Virus record (IMG/VR): IMGVR_UViG_3300037067_017589
DNA: 28,252 nucleotides
Source: an uncultured virus (IMG/VR IMGVR_UViG_3300037067_017589)
Lineage: Duplodnaviria; Heunggongvirae; Uroviricota; Caudoviricetes
Reading direction: 5' to 3' (one strand)
In this document: in pieces, positions 8,935-18,795 of the stretch
Numbering within the stretch: the stretch's first letter is position 1
Layout: the number at the start of each line of letters is the position of its first letter
The notes under the pieces: model-generated
Database searches by the model: none
The model's input: only the letters and a program-made list of their open reading frames with translations
Told to the model about the DNA's origin: nothing
Program-made: the position numbers and the translations under genes

Positions 8935-11900
8935 ATGGCTAATCTTAGAATACTAAACATTAATGCAGCTGATAGTAGAACTATAAAGGTTAGATTTTCT
9001 GATCCTTTAGCATTAGATATTAATTCATCAAATATTCAAATATTATCTGAGATATTTAATGTTCCAGATATAGAAATTGTTAGTGTATCAATTTTAGATG
9101 ATATACTTGTTATAAACACACTTCCGCATACACCATTTTCACGATACAATGTAATTTTTTCATCTACAAATTCTGTAACATTTAGAAGTTTAGATGAAAG
9201 TAAATTTTTATTAGAAGATAGTAGAAATAATACTATTAAAATATTAGGTGCTGAAAACGATTATAATCCAACAAGAAATATATTTATTGATTATCTTGGT
9301 GGACAAGATAGTGTATACGATTTATCTCGTGAATCAAATATTAGAAAATTTCTTAATCAAACATCTGATATGATTAACAGATGCAAATATGATATAGGAC
9401 AAGCTAAAAATGCTAATTATCTAGAACTGTTAATACAAGATGAGAGAAAGGTACGTAGATATGGTCCTTGGGATAGATTAAATCAAGAAGGTGCATTTGA
9501 AGTAGTTAGAGTTGGGCGAGAACCAACTAACACATCTATATCTACTTCAATGTTATTTGATTCATTTCCTTCAAATCCTATTTCTTTACAAACTGAAACT
9601 ATAACAGGTGAAGAATTAATTTTAGGAATTGGAAAGGGAACATATGATGATTTAGTATTAACACTTAATAGATATCCAATTACTAAATTGAATAGTGTTC
9701 AAATAAAATATTCTAATGGAGATGTATTTGATTATGAAATAAGATCATATGGATATCAAATACAAGATCCTAAATATGATACTTCTTATGCTAGAAGATA
9801 TATAACACTAGAAAATAATCAAATAAAATTAAGCGATAATCTTAAAAATGATCCTTCTTTTGTATTACCTGGCGGACAAGATATTATTATTGTTTCTTAT
9901 GAATTTAAATTTCTTGGTAAAATAATAGGAGCTAATACTGTAGAAGTTGTAGAAGTTATAGAAGTAGTACGTGAATGTGCTCCAGCATTATCTGTTGTAT
10001 TTTCATTACAAAACGCTCCAATTGTAACTTCTGGAGATGTTATATCTACATATGATGGAGTTGAATTTTTAGATCCTTATTCAATAACTCCATTTATAAA
10101 TACACATTCGGCTTTTACTGTTGAATTACCTTATCGTGAAGGTGGATTACCAGCACGACCTGGAGAATATTCTATTGATTATGAAACTGGACGTGTATAT
10201 GTTTATGGAGCTATAGATAATGATGGAACTGGAGATTTTCCTCCAGTTATGAATTATTATAGTAGAAAAATATATAACAGTCGTTTAGATTATACTTATG
10301 TAGAAGAATTTGTAGATGTGGTAGCTTCACCTCTTAGATATTTAATTGGTAAAACAGCAAAAATTAATTATAATTATGAATTAACGTTTGTGCCTGGTAT
10401 TGATTATGAAGCTAATGTTCATATTGAAAGTCGTAATGAAAGAATTGAAAATAAATTAGTTTCCTTAGATTCTTTTTATACAAAACATGCACCTATTACA
10501 GATGTGTTTCGTATTTATAATGAGACTACTGGTGAAATTTATTCATTAAGAAGATTTACTGATAATAAAATATTTTTTGATTCTAGAACACCGCCAAGAA
10601 TTGGAGATATAAAAAGAGAACGAGTAGAATTTACTAGTGTTTTTAGTGAACAATTAATTTTAGAAGAAGAATTAATAAATCTTAGTAGTATTAGAATTTT
10701 AAAAATTAGATTACAAAATCAAAATATAATTGGATGTACAGATGATGTAATTGGTTCAAGTTTTAATTCTAGTGTTAATTTTAGTGATACTGATGTATTC
10801 AGTCAAGAAATTTATTATGATTCTCAAGAATTAACAGAAGAAATAAATATTAATAGAATTAGAATTGGTTTTTATCAAATTAATTACAGAGAAGGTATTG
10901 TATATGTTGGAGTTTTTAATAATCAAAATTTAAATCTAGGAACTATTAATTATAAAAAACCTATAATCAGTCCACAAAATTCTCATGTTATATCAGTTTC
11001 AGAATTATATACTAGTATTAATGTTAATTTTGGTATATCATTATTATTAAATTATGAAAGTTTTGATGAAGGAGAAATTATTCCAACTCCTATATCATTA
11101 TATTTTTCTGATGAGCGTTATACTGATAATAATCCAGAACAACAATACATATATGATAGCAATCAAATTATTGTAACTAATGATATTAAAAGTTTACGTG
11201 GAATTTATGATGCATTTGATTTAAACAATAATGACAATCCTATAAATTTTGTTGAATCAGCTACATTTGAATCAAATATAATAACTTTAAATAGTATTGG
11301 TATTGCTAAGACAGAGCAACTAACTATTGATGGAGATTTAAAAATTGTTGTAACTACTATTGCTCCAGAAATTGAAATTGGAATTGTTAATAGTATAATT
11401 AGAATAAGTGATGGATATTCTTTTACTGATAGTATTAATTCTATTACAGATAATACAATTTGGTTAGATAGTGATTGTGGTATTGTAGTCGGTGATATAG
11501 TGACGGTTTTATATACCGTTGTAATGCAAGGAGGAGCAACTCCTATAGTAGATTATAATAAAGGAGATTTGTTTATTGATTATTCATATTTGCTTGATGA
11601 AATTTTAGTAACATATGAGTGGGGCGATAATGTTATTGATTTTAGACAGAGTCGTACATTAATTGAAAATGATGTATATTATGTAACTTATAAAGTTGGA
11701 GCTTTGAGAAATTCATTAACAGAAAATTTTGGATCTTTAGTTCAAATTGAAGAATTACAAGTATTTGATGAAGAATTAGATAGAGAAATATATAGAGATA
11801 TTTTACAAGGTGCATTACAAACATTTACTCAAGGACCAACTGCAGCTGCTATTAAACAATTAATAGCAAGTGTAACTCATATAGACCCTAGAATAAGAGA

Positions 11901-14900
11901 AGCTGAATTTTGGTCTCTTAGTGTTAGTTATTTGAATAAAGCAATATCAGAATTTTTAGGAATTACTTCTTTATCTGCTGGTATTTTTGATTATGGAGTG
12001 TCTGTAGTTAATTCTGGTGATGGTGTTACATTTCCAATATCTAATAACCTTAGATTAGAGGAAGGAACTTTAGAATTATCCATTATTCCTAATTGGGATG
12101 GTTTAGATAATGATGCTACATTAACTTTTGAATTATATAGAGATGGTTATGAATTAGAATCTTCTAATATTTTTATTGGTGCTAATAGTTTTAATCCTGA
12201 AATTGAAGATGGTATATTTTCATTAAATAGAAATGATATTAAAAATCCAGAGGGTGTTCCAGCGGCTATATTTAGTTCAGTTGGTATATTTATTTATTAT
12301 GATCCAGATAATATACAATGGAAAATATTAGCAAAAGATGTACCAGGACCTGATGGTTATATATATTCAGGAATAATTACAACTTCTGGTGATTTTTACG
12401 ATGTAAAATTTATACAAAATTTAGGTGAAGAAACCGATGTATTAAGATCTGGAATTAAATCAGTAGAATTTGAATTTCGTTTAGACGGATATGATTTAAC
12501 AAGTCCAGATGGATATGATAGTGATAGTTTAATTACTGGATATTCATTTGATGGTATTCAATTTATGTCAGATGATGATCATTATTTATTTGATTTTGGA
12601 ACAAATGAGAATCAAAATAGATTTTCTTTATATAAAGATGGAAGAGGGTATTTAGTATTTGAAGTTTGGGACCGTGGTGGTTTTTCTCATATACAACCAG
12701 ATAGAAGATCTGTTTATCAAGTTAGTGCAGATGTACAAAATTGGAAAGCAGGACAAATTCATAATATAGCAATTAGTTGGATTTTAAATTCATCAGATCG
12801 TAGAGATGAAATGCATTTATTTGTAGATGGATTGGAAACTCCAAACAATACTCGTTATGGTAACATTCCATCTATAGTATCTACTGAAAGATTTAGAACT
12901 ATTGTTCCAGAACAAGTTGTTGGTATAGTTCCAGCAAAATCAATTGTTGGAATTGATTTAATAACAGTTCAAGGTGATGAATATGTACATTCTACTACAA
13001 TTAATTTTCAGGCACAGGGAATTGTGCCTACTGATCATATAGAAATATTAGAGCAAGGATTCAATACATATACAATATTAAATGTTGATAATTATACATT
13101 ACAATTATCAAGTCCTATGCCAGCAACATTAAATAATGCCAAATTTAGCGTTAATCCATATTCATTTGTTGTAAATACAGAAATTGATATTTATAAAAAT
13201 ATTGGAGTTTTTATATTAAGTGATGGATATGAAACGGAAATTCCAGGAATTAGGGCTGATATTCCTTCATATTCAATTGAAAGAAATGCTTTAAATCAAA
13301 GAATATTAAAAGTTCTTGGTAATGCTGAAACTGGTGATATTATTTTAATTAAAACATTTGGATTAAATCATAGAAGATGTAGAGATATTTCTTATTTATG
13401 GAGTGATGGATCTATTTTAAAGACAGGGTTACCATCTCCAATAAATCTAGATGATGTTATTATTAAACCTATAATTCTTCCATTGGTACCAATTGGTTTT
13501 AATAATTCTATATTTATAGATGGTTATTATTTAGCTGATTTAGATAATTATTCTCAACCTAGTACAGTATTAATTGACGGTTATCATTTTGAATGGGATG
13601 GTTATTTACCAAATGAGGGTAGAATATTAGAAGTAAGAATAACTGGAGATAATGTAGATTTAGAAGTTGGTGTAAATGTTACTATAAATGGTTTATCATC
13701 TATAGTAGATGGATATGATGGATATTCTGAATCTTTAATTTTTACTTCACCAATTAAGCAATTTACTCAATGTAAATGGATGGAAATTTCATCTATAATA
13801 GTACAAGCCACTCCAATAGATGGATATAATTTGTTAGATGGATATTTAAATAGTACAGCAATTGAAATAAAAGAAAAATATTCTATCACAGAACCAAATG
13901 GTAATAATTATTATCCAGTTATTAGATATGCATATACTACACAATTTGGAATAAGTTTAGAAGGAGATGGATCTGACATTGTAAGTGATTTATTAGGATT
14001 CTTTTCAATATCTGAAGTTGGACATTTGTTAGAAATTACAAGTCCTTCAAATATAAAAGGCATTTACAGTATAGAAGAAAAAATAGATAATACTAGTATT
14101 AGATTAGATCGTGTTGTTGGAAGTTCTTTTTCAAATGTTACATATACTTGTTATAATATAAGTATTGGGCGCAGTGGTTTTCAAAACGGATTCTTTTTCT
14201 TAGAATTAGCTGGTTTTCACAATGCTGAATATAAAATTCCTCCAGGTTGGTATGAATTTGATTATGCTACATATCTAGAAGTTCCATTTAATCCATTAGA
14301 TCAGGTTGGAATAATTGGAAATAATATTACATTACAAAAGCCAGCAAGAGCAATTTTAGATGAGTTTAGAATTCTAAATAGGCAATTAACTGATACAAGA
14401 GTTGGTGAATCAATTAGCATAAATAATTATTCTATCACAACTGATGCTAATAGAACATCTCCTTTTATTAAAAATTCTGATACATTAGCATTATTTAATT
14501 TTAATAGTGTGCCTTTAATTAACAATAGTGATGTGTATAAATTTGCTAATAAAGAATATATTCAATCAGGAGAAAGTGTAAATACAAAATTTGGACATAG
14601 TATTGTTATAAAAGATAAAGGTTTAGTATTTAATAATGAAGGTTTATTAGATACTTCTAATGAAGGTTTAATAGAATTTTGGATTAGTCCAAGATTTGAT
14701 ACTTATAACGACCCAAATATTAGAATTTATTTTGATGCAGCTGCTAATATTGTCGAAGAAGTAATCAGTATTACAAAAGGAAAAGTGAAAATTTCTGGTA
14801 AAATTGATAAAATTATATATGTTAGATTATCAAATGATACAAAATTACGTGGAATAGATTATTTTAATGGGGGATCTTTTGATACTGATGGAAATATAAC

Positions 14901-15675
14901 ATTAAAAACATCTTTACCTTTTCAAAATACTCCAGTTAAAGTAGCATATATACCTACAAACGTACAAGGAGATAGAATAGTTATTTCTAAAGATGGAGAA
15001 GGTTTTGTATGTTTAACAGTAACAGCACAAGGAAAAGAATTTCAAACAAGACAACCTATATTTTGGCCAAAAGATAGTTGGCATAGGATTAGAGCTTCAT
15101 TTAAATTTAACACTGCAGCAAATTTAGATGAGTTAAGATTGTTTATAGATGGTGAAGAAAGAGGAATAATATTATTTGGAGAAGGTGATTTGTTATTTGG
15201 GCAAGGTTTAATTTGGGGTCAATCTGCAGTTGGTGGGGTTACAAATAAAGTTTATATTGCTGATATAAACTTTACTGATACTATAATGCAATTTTCTTTA
15301 GGACAAGATTATGCTGGTAATTTTGGAGCAGAAGCACGATTTGATAATTTAAAGATTTCAAATAGGTCAATAGAACCTTTAATCATATCAGGACAACCAA
15401 TTGACGTATATTTCAATACAAATACAGAATTTATTTATCCATCTGTAGAAGATTCTTTTACTACATTTTTATTTAATTTTGATAATATTGTAGAAAAAAC
15501 AGAAGATTTTTCAGTAATACAAGATCCTATATATGGTATATTTAAATTTGATATTGATATCATTGATTCTTTTAACATAGTAACAGGTGATCAACGTATT
15601 CGTACAGTATTGGAAGCTTTAATTTATGCATTAAAACCTGCTGTTTCAAAAGTTGGAATACATTATATCACATAA
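8935..15675 (+). CDS. 2246-aa giant baseplate wedge protein (P2 gpI/T4 gp7-like core) with two LamG/concanavalin-like domains
   Basis: gpI-like core LTENFGSLV...YRDILQGALQTFTQGPTAAAIKQLI (~11710-11877) and C-terminal LIYALKPAVSKVGIHYI. LamG signatures EGTLELSIIP, HNIAISW...HLFVDG, ILDEFRILNRQL and EGLIEFWISP, WHRIRASF...LFIDG, RFDNLKISNR. Confidence 0.75.
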   Translation: MANLRILNINAADSRTIKVRFSDPLALDINSSNIQILSEIFNVPDIEIVSVSILDDILVINTLPHTPFSRYNVIFSSTNSVTFRSLDESKFLLEDSRNNTIKILGAENDYNPTRNIFIDYLGGQDSVYDLSRESNIRKFLNQTSDMINRCKYDIGQAKNANYLELLIQDERKVRRYGPWDRLNQEGAFEVVRVGREPTNTSISTSMLFDSFPSNPISLQTETITGEELILGIGKGTYDDLVLTLNRYPITKLNSVQIKYSNGDVFDYEIRSYGYQIQDPKYDTSYARRYITLENNQIKLSDNLKNDPSFVLPGGQDIIIVSYEFKFLGKIIGANTVEVVEVIEVVRECAPALSVVFSLQNAPIVTSGDVISTYDGVEFLDPYSITPFINTHSAFTVELPYREGGLPARPGEYSIDYETGRVYVYGAIDNDGTGDFPPVMNYYSRKIYNSRLDYTYVEEFVDVVASPLRYLIGKTAKINYNYELTFVPGIDYEANVHIESRNERIENKLVSLDSFYTKHAPITDVFRIYNETTGEIYSLRRFTDNKIFFDSRTPPRIGDIKRERVEFTSVFSEQLILEEELINLSSIRILKIRLQNQNIIGCTDDVIGSSFNSSVNFSDTDVFSQEIYYDSQELTEEININRIRIGFYQINYREGIVYVGVFNNQNLNLGTINYKKPIISPQNSHVISVSELYTSINVNFGISLLLNYESFDEGEIIPTPISLYFSDERYTDNNPEQQYIYDSNQIIVTNDIKSLRGIYDAFDLNNNDNPINFVESATFESNIITLNSIGIAKTEQLTIDGDLKIVVTTIAPEIEIGIVNSIIRISDGYSFTDSINSITDNTIWLDSDCGIVVGDIVTVLYTVVMQGGATPIVDYNKGDLFIDYSYLLDEILVTYEWGDNVIDFRQSRTLIENDVYYVTYKVGALRNSLTENFGSLVQIEELQVFDEELDREIYRDILQGALQTFTQGPTAAAIKQLIASVTHIDPRIREAEFWSLSVSYLNKAISEFLGITSLSAGIFDYGVSVVNSGDGVTFPISNNLRLEEGTLELSIIPNWDGLDNDATLTFELYRDGYELESSNIFIGANSFNPEIEDGIFSLNRNDIKNPEGVPAAIFSSVGIFIYYDPDNIQWKILAKDVPGPDGYIYSGIITTSGDFYDVKFIQNLGEETDVLRSGIKSVEFEFRLDGYDLTSPDGYDSDSLITGYSFDGIQFMSDDDHYLFDFGTNENQNRFSLYKDGRGYLVFEVWDRGGFSHIQPDRRSVYQVSADVQNWKAGQIHNIAISWILNSSDRRDEMHLFVDGLETPNNTRYGNIPSIVSTERFRTIVPEQVVGIVPAKSIVGIDLITVQGDEYVHSTTINFQAQGIVPTDHIEILEQGFNTYTILNVDNYTLQLSSPMPATLNNAKFSVNPYSFVVNTEIDIYKNIGVFILSDGYETEIPGIRADIPSYSIERNALNQRILKVLGNAETGDIILIKTFGLNHRRCRDISYLWSDGSILKTGLPSPINLDDVIIKPIILPLVPIGFNNSIFIDGYYLADLDNYSQPSTVLIDGYHFEWDGYLPNEGRILEVRITGDNVDLEVGVNVTINGLSSIVDGYDGYSESLIFTSPIKQFTQCKWMEISSIIVQATPIDGYNLLDGYLNSTAIEIKEKYSITEPNGNNYYPVIRYAYTTQFGISLEGDGSDIVSDLLGFFSISEVGHLLEITSPSNIKGIYSIEEKIDNTSIRLDRVVGSSFSNVTYTCYNISIGRSGFQNGFFFLELAGFHNAEYKIPPGWYEFDYATYLEVPFNPLDQVGIIGNNITLQKPARAILDEFRILNRQLTDTRVGESISINNYSITTDANRTSPFIKNSDTLALFNFNSVPLINNSDVYKFANKEYIQSGESVNTKFGHSIVIKDKGLVFNNEGLLDTSNEGLIEFWISPRFDTYNDPNIRIYFDAAANIVEEVISITKGKVKISGKIDKIIYVRLSNDTKLRGIDYFNGGSFDTDGNITLKTSLPFQNTPVKVAYIPTNVQGDRIVISKDGEGFVCLTVTAQGKEFQTRQPIFWPKDSWHRIRASFKFNTAANLDELRLFIDGEERGIILFGEGDLLFGQGLIWGQSAVGGVTNKVYIADINFTDTIMQFSLGQDYAGNFGAEARFDNLKISNRSIEPLIISGQPIDVYFNTNTEFIYPSVEDSFTTFLFNFDNIVEKTEDFSVIQDPIYGIFKFDIDIIDSFNIVTGDQRIRTVLEALIYALKPAVSKVGIHYIT

Positions 15676-15688
15676 AGGTAATAAAATT

Positions 15689-18600
15689 ATGACTAGAACT
15701 GAAGTATCTAAAATTCAAAATCGTTGGTATGATGGTCAGAGAGTGGATCAAACAGATTTAATTGTTGAACAAGATAGAAATGTAAACACTGATGCATCTA
15801 TTATACAAAATCATTTTGGATCTGGTGTATTACCAGAATCTTTTATTCAAAAAATTATTTTTGATACACATAGTTTATTCCCAGATCAAGTGGCATTAGT
15901 AGCTTCTTGCGATTTAGATGGTACAGGATTACGTCCATTAATAGAATATTCAACAGATACTGTTTTAGGAAATCAATTAGAAGTTGAATTAACTGATTCA
16001 GATGATGATGGTTATATGAATGGAATTTCCACTGTTGGTGGGCGTTTTAGTAGTAAAGTTGCTATAATAGGTTTAGATTTTCAAGGTAATCTTCAATATG
16101 ATAGATTCTATTTTTATAGAAAAGAAAAACAAGTTACCAAAAAACATTATACTAAAATTTTATGCGTATTTCTTAATGATGTATATGGAAATAATAAATG
16201 TTCTCGTAAACTAGGTGGTAGAATTATAATAAGAGAAAGTAAGAGTTTTCAACTTTCTCGTGATTGTATTATGATTTCACAAGATGTAGAACCTAATCTT
16301 TTTTTTAGAGATTTAAGAATTTCAAATGTAATTGAAGGTATAGTAGGTGGTACAGTTGCAACATTATCACAAGCAATTCAGGCTGGAATAGGATCTGAAT
16401 ATAGTTTTGATGCATTAGATATAAATACTACTGTTAAAAGAGAAATTGAATTAACAACAAATGATGTTACAACACGTTTGGCACAAAAATTTTTAGCTAC
16501 AAGTAATAATATACAAAAGATAACATTATTACTTGGTATTAGAAGAGATGATTCAGTAAGTATAGATCATGTATTTGATTGGAGTGGTGATTTAATAGTA
16601 AATATTTATGAATTACAAAGTTCTGTTAGCTGTCCAACAGAACTTGTACCACAATTAGCAATTGAATTTGAGCCAAATCCAGAACCAATAACTCAACTTA
16701 GTATAAGTAAAGATACTTTAGAACAATATGGTTATATCTTAACCGATATTTTACAACCAGTTGATTTTGTATTTAACGGTTCTTTTATTGGTAGTACATC
16801 TAATGTTAAAATTATTCCTGGTAAATATTATGCTATTTCTATAAACAGATCTGGTGATTCAACAACAGGTATATTATTTACTGGTATAGGAAATAGTTAT
16901 TCTATAAATGATAGATTTTCAATATTTAGTGGAAATTGGACCGATGTATCTGAAGAAGATATGTGGTATCAAGTATGGACAGATACAGCAAAAGTATCTG
17001 ATGGTAAAGCATATGATGCTGGTCATGGTATAGATATTTTAAAAACAACTATAAATGAATTAGGAGTTGTAGTAGATTATTCATTTGATAATAATGTATT
17101 TATTGATAATGGACAAAATACATTAAATACAGCAATTATAGAAGCAATATTGGAGCAATCAGATCAAGAACAAGATGAAAGAACTGGTAATCCAGTATAT
17201 TCTCGTCAGAAATTTGAACCAAGTTTTAGTTTTGTAACAAATACAACATTAGCTACATTAAGAGAATCTTCAGATCCTTTAGTTATAGGATGTGCAAGAG
17301 ATATTAATGCTAAGAATAATATAGAAATTACTGGTGTGCAATATTATCCAGGATTAGCACGCGGAAACCATTATATTATTGTTAATCCAGATCCTAATAT
17401 AGAATCTCAACAATGGATTGGTAGTAAATTAATTCCAGATGATACTGGATGTGCTAGTTTAGATTATAAGATTGTTAGAATTAAAAGTTGTGTAGATGGG
17501 TATGGTGATGTTCTTGGAGATGGAATTATTGATGAATATGATATTGCAAGAGCAATAGAATTATTAGGACAATCTTTATCATTAATAACAACACAAGAAT
17601 TAATTAGAGATGGATATATTAGTACTCTTGAATTATTAAGAGCTGACGTAGATGGTGATGGATATATTACGTATTCAGATATAACAATTATTGAAGACTA
17701 TGTTAATCGTAGACGAGAAACGTTAGTTGTAGGTGCATCGAGTTTTACTCATATTGAAATTGAAGTTCAAAATAGTACAGGGAGATTTGATGGATATTAT
17801 ACTTGTAATAATTTAATAGCATTTGATGGTTACAATAATATTGCAGATCCTTCAACTTTAACAGATATTGAACTTAAATATTATGGTTATAATAATCTTC
17901 CTGATATTACACTTGATAATACAACAGCATTTGAAAGAGTTCCTTGGAATGCTGTAACATTTAAAATTAAGCCTATGCCTTTTTGGCAAGATTATCTTGT
18001 TCAGTTTAGCAGTGATGCAAGACAAGTTCCAGCAATATTTACTTACCCAACCAATTCTACTTCTTATATTAATAGTGAAACTGGCAGTTGTGCAAGCCTT
18101 GCTGAAATTTCAATATGTCAAGAAACTACAAGTATTGGCGGATCTTGTGTTTCTGGTAGAAATGATTTTTATATTCCTGATAATCTTATTATTGGTAAAG
18201 GACAAATTTTAAATACAAGTGGTTATTTATTTAAACAAGATTTAGAAATTCAAACAATTACTTTAGAATTACCACCACAAGTATTTTATGATGGTTATAA
18301 TTTGAATATATTTGAAAAATTAGTATATGATAATGATAGTGGTTTTACAAAATCCGGATATCGTGCAGCTAAATTTGCAGATTGTTCAACAGTTCAATCA
18401 GACGCTTTATTAATGAATCAAATTAGATTTGGTGTTGCTATTCAATCAATTTATCCAAGTTTAGATGGATATGATATAGATGGCTATGGTATAATTATTG
18501 ATAATACAATTGGTGTTAATATAGATCAGTCTACTGGAATATTAACATTGAATGTAAAAGATATTAGTTGTAACTCATTAATTCCAGAATTAAGAACAAA

Positions 18601-18700
18601 AATTATTATTACACTGTATTTAAAAAAGGCTGGATGGAATAATGAACCATTGACAATTGGATACAATGAAGTTGAAGGTTTATTTAAAACAACAATATAA
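15689..18700 (+). CDS. ~1003-aa baseplate-attached/tail-associated protein with dockerin-like (paired EF-hand-type) domain
   Basis: Start chosen at ATG 15689 (AAGGT upstream) rather than TTG 15653. N-terminal NRWYDGQRVDQTDLIVEQD resembles the R..F.DGQ....DL..EQ baseplate-attachment motif. Dockerin-like pair GDVLGDGIIDEYD and ADVDGDGYITYSD at 17501-17706. Confidence 0.65.
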   Translation: MTRTEVSKIQNRWYDGQRVDQTDLIVEQDRNVNTDASIIQNHFGSGVLPESFIQKIIFDTHSLFPDQVALVASCDLDGTGLRPLIEYSTDTVLGNQLEVELTDSDDDGYMNGISTVGGRFSSKVAIIGLDFQGNLQYDRFYFYRKEKQVTKKHYTKILCVFLNDVYGNNKCSRKLGGRIIIRESKSFQLSRDCIMISQDVEPNLFFRDLRISNVIEGIVGGTVATLSQAIQAGIGSEYSFDALDINTTVKREIELTTNDVTTRLAQKFLATSNNIQKITLLLGIRRDDSVSIDHVFDWSGDLIVNIYELQSSVSCPTELVPQLAIEFEPNPEPITQLSISKDTLEQYGYILTDILQPVDFVFNGSFIGSTSNVKIIPGKYYAISINRSGDSTTGILFTGIGNSYSINDRFSIFSGNWTDVSEEDMWYQVWTDTAKVSDGKAYDAGHGIDILKTTINELGVVVDYSFDNNVFIDNGQNTLNTAIIEAILEQSDQEQDERTGNPVYSRQKFEPSFSFVTNTTLATLRESSDPLVIGCARDINAKNNIEITGVQYYPGLARGNHYIIVNPDPNIESQQWIGSKLIPDDTGCASLDYKIVRIKSCVDGYGDVLGDGIIDEYDIARAIELLGQSLSLITTQELIRDGYISTLELLRADVDGDGYITYSDITIIEDYVNRRRETLVVGASSFTHIEIEVQNSTGRFDGYYTCNNLIAFDGYNNIADPSTLTDIELKYYGYNNLPDITLDNTTAFERVPWNAVTFKIKPMPFWQDYLVQFSSDARQVPAIFTYPTNSTSYINSETGSCASLAEISICQETTSIGGSCVSGRNDFYIPDNLIIGKGQILNTSGYLFKQDLEIQTITLELPPQVFYDGYNLNIFEKLVYDNDSGFTKSGYRAAKFADCSTVQSDALLMNQIRFGVAIQSIYPSLDGYDIDGYGIIIDNTIGVNIDQSTGILTLNVKDISCNSLIPELRTKIIITLYLKKAGWNNEPLTIGYNEVEGLFKTTI

Positions 18701-18795
18701 TATTTAATTTTATTTTTTTTAATTAGATTAAGATATTGTCGTTATATTATTTAATAAGTGAATGTTAAAGAAATACAGTCACAATTAAAATATTT

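Noticed and set aside
8935..15675. Intein or intron explaining the very large ORF
   Set aside because: No intein splice motifs (C...HN-C/S/T) or homing endonuclease motifs noticed; the frame is continuous.
1..18700. Bacterial extracellular contractile injection system or T6SS instead of phage
   Set aside because: Flanked by phage-typical accessory genes and CCA-less tRNAs, with no cellular genes; subunit sizes fit a jumbo phage better.
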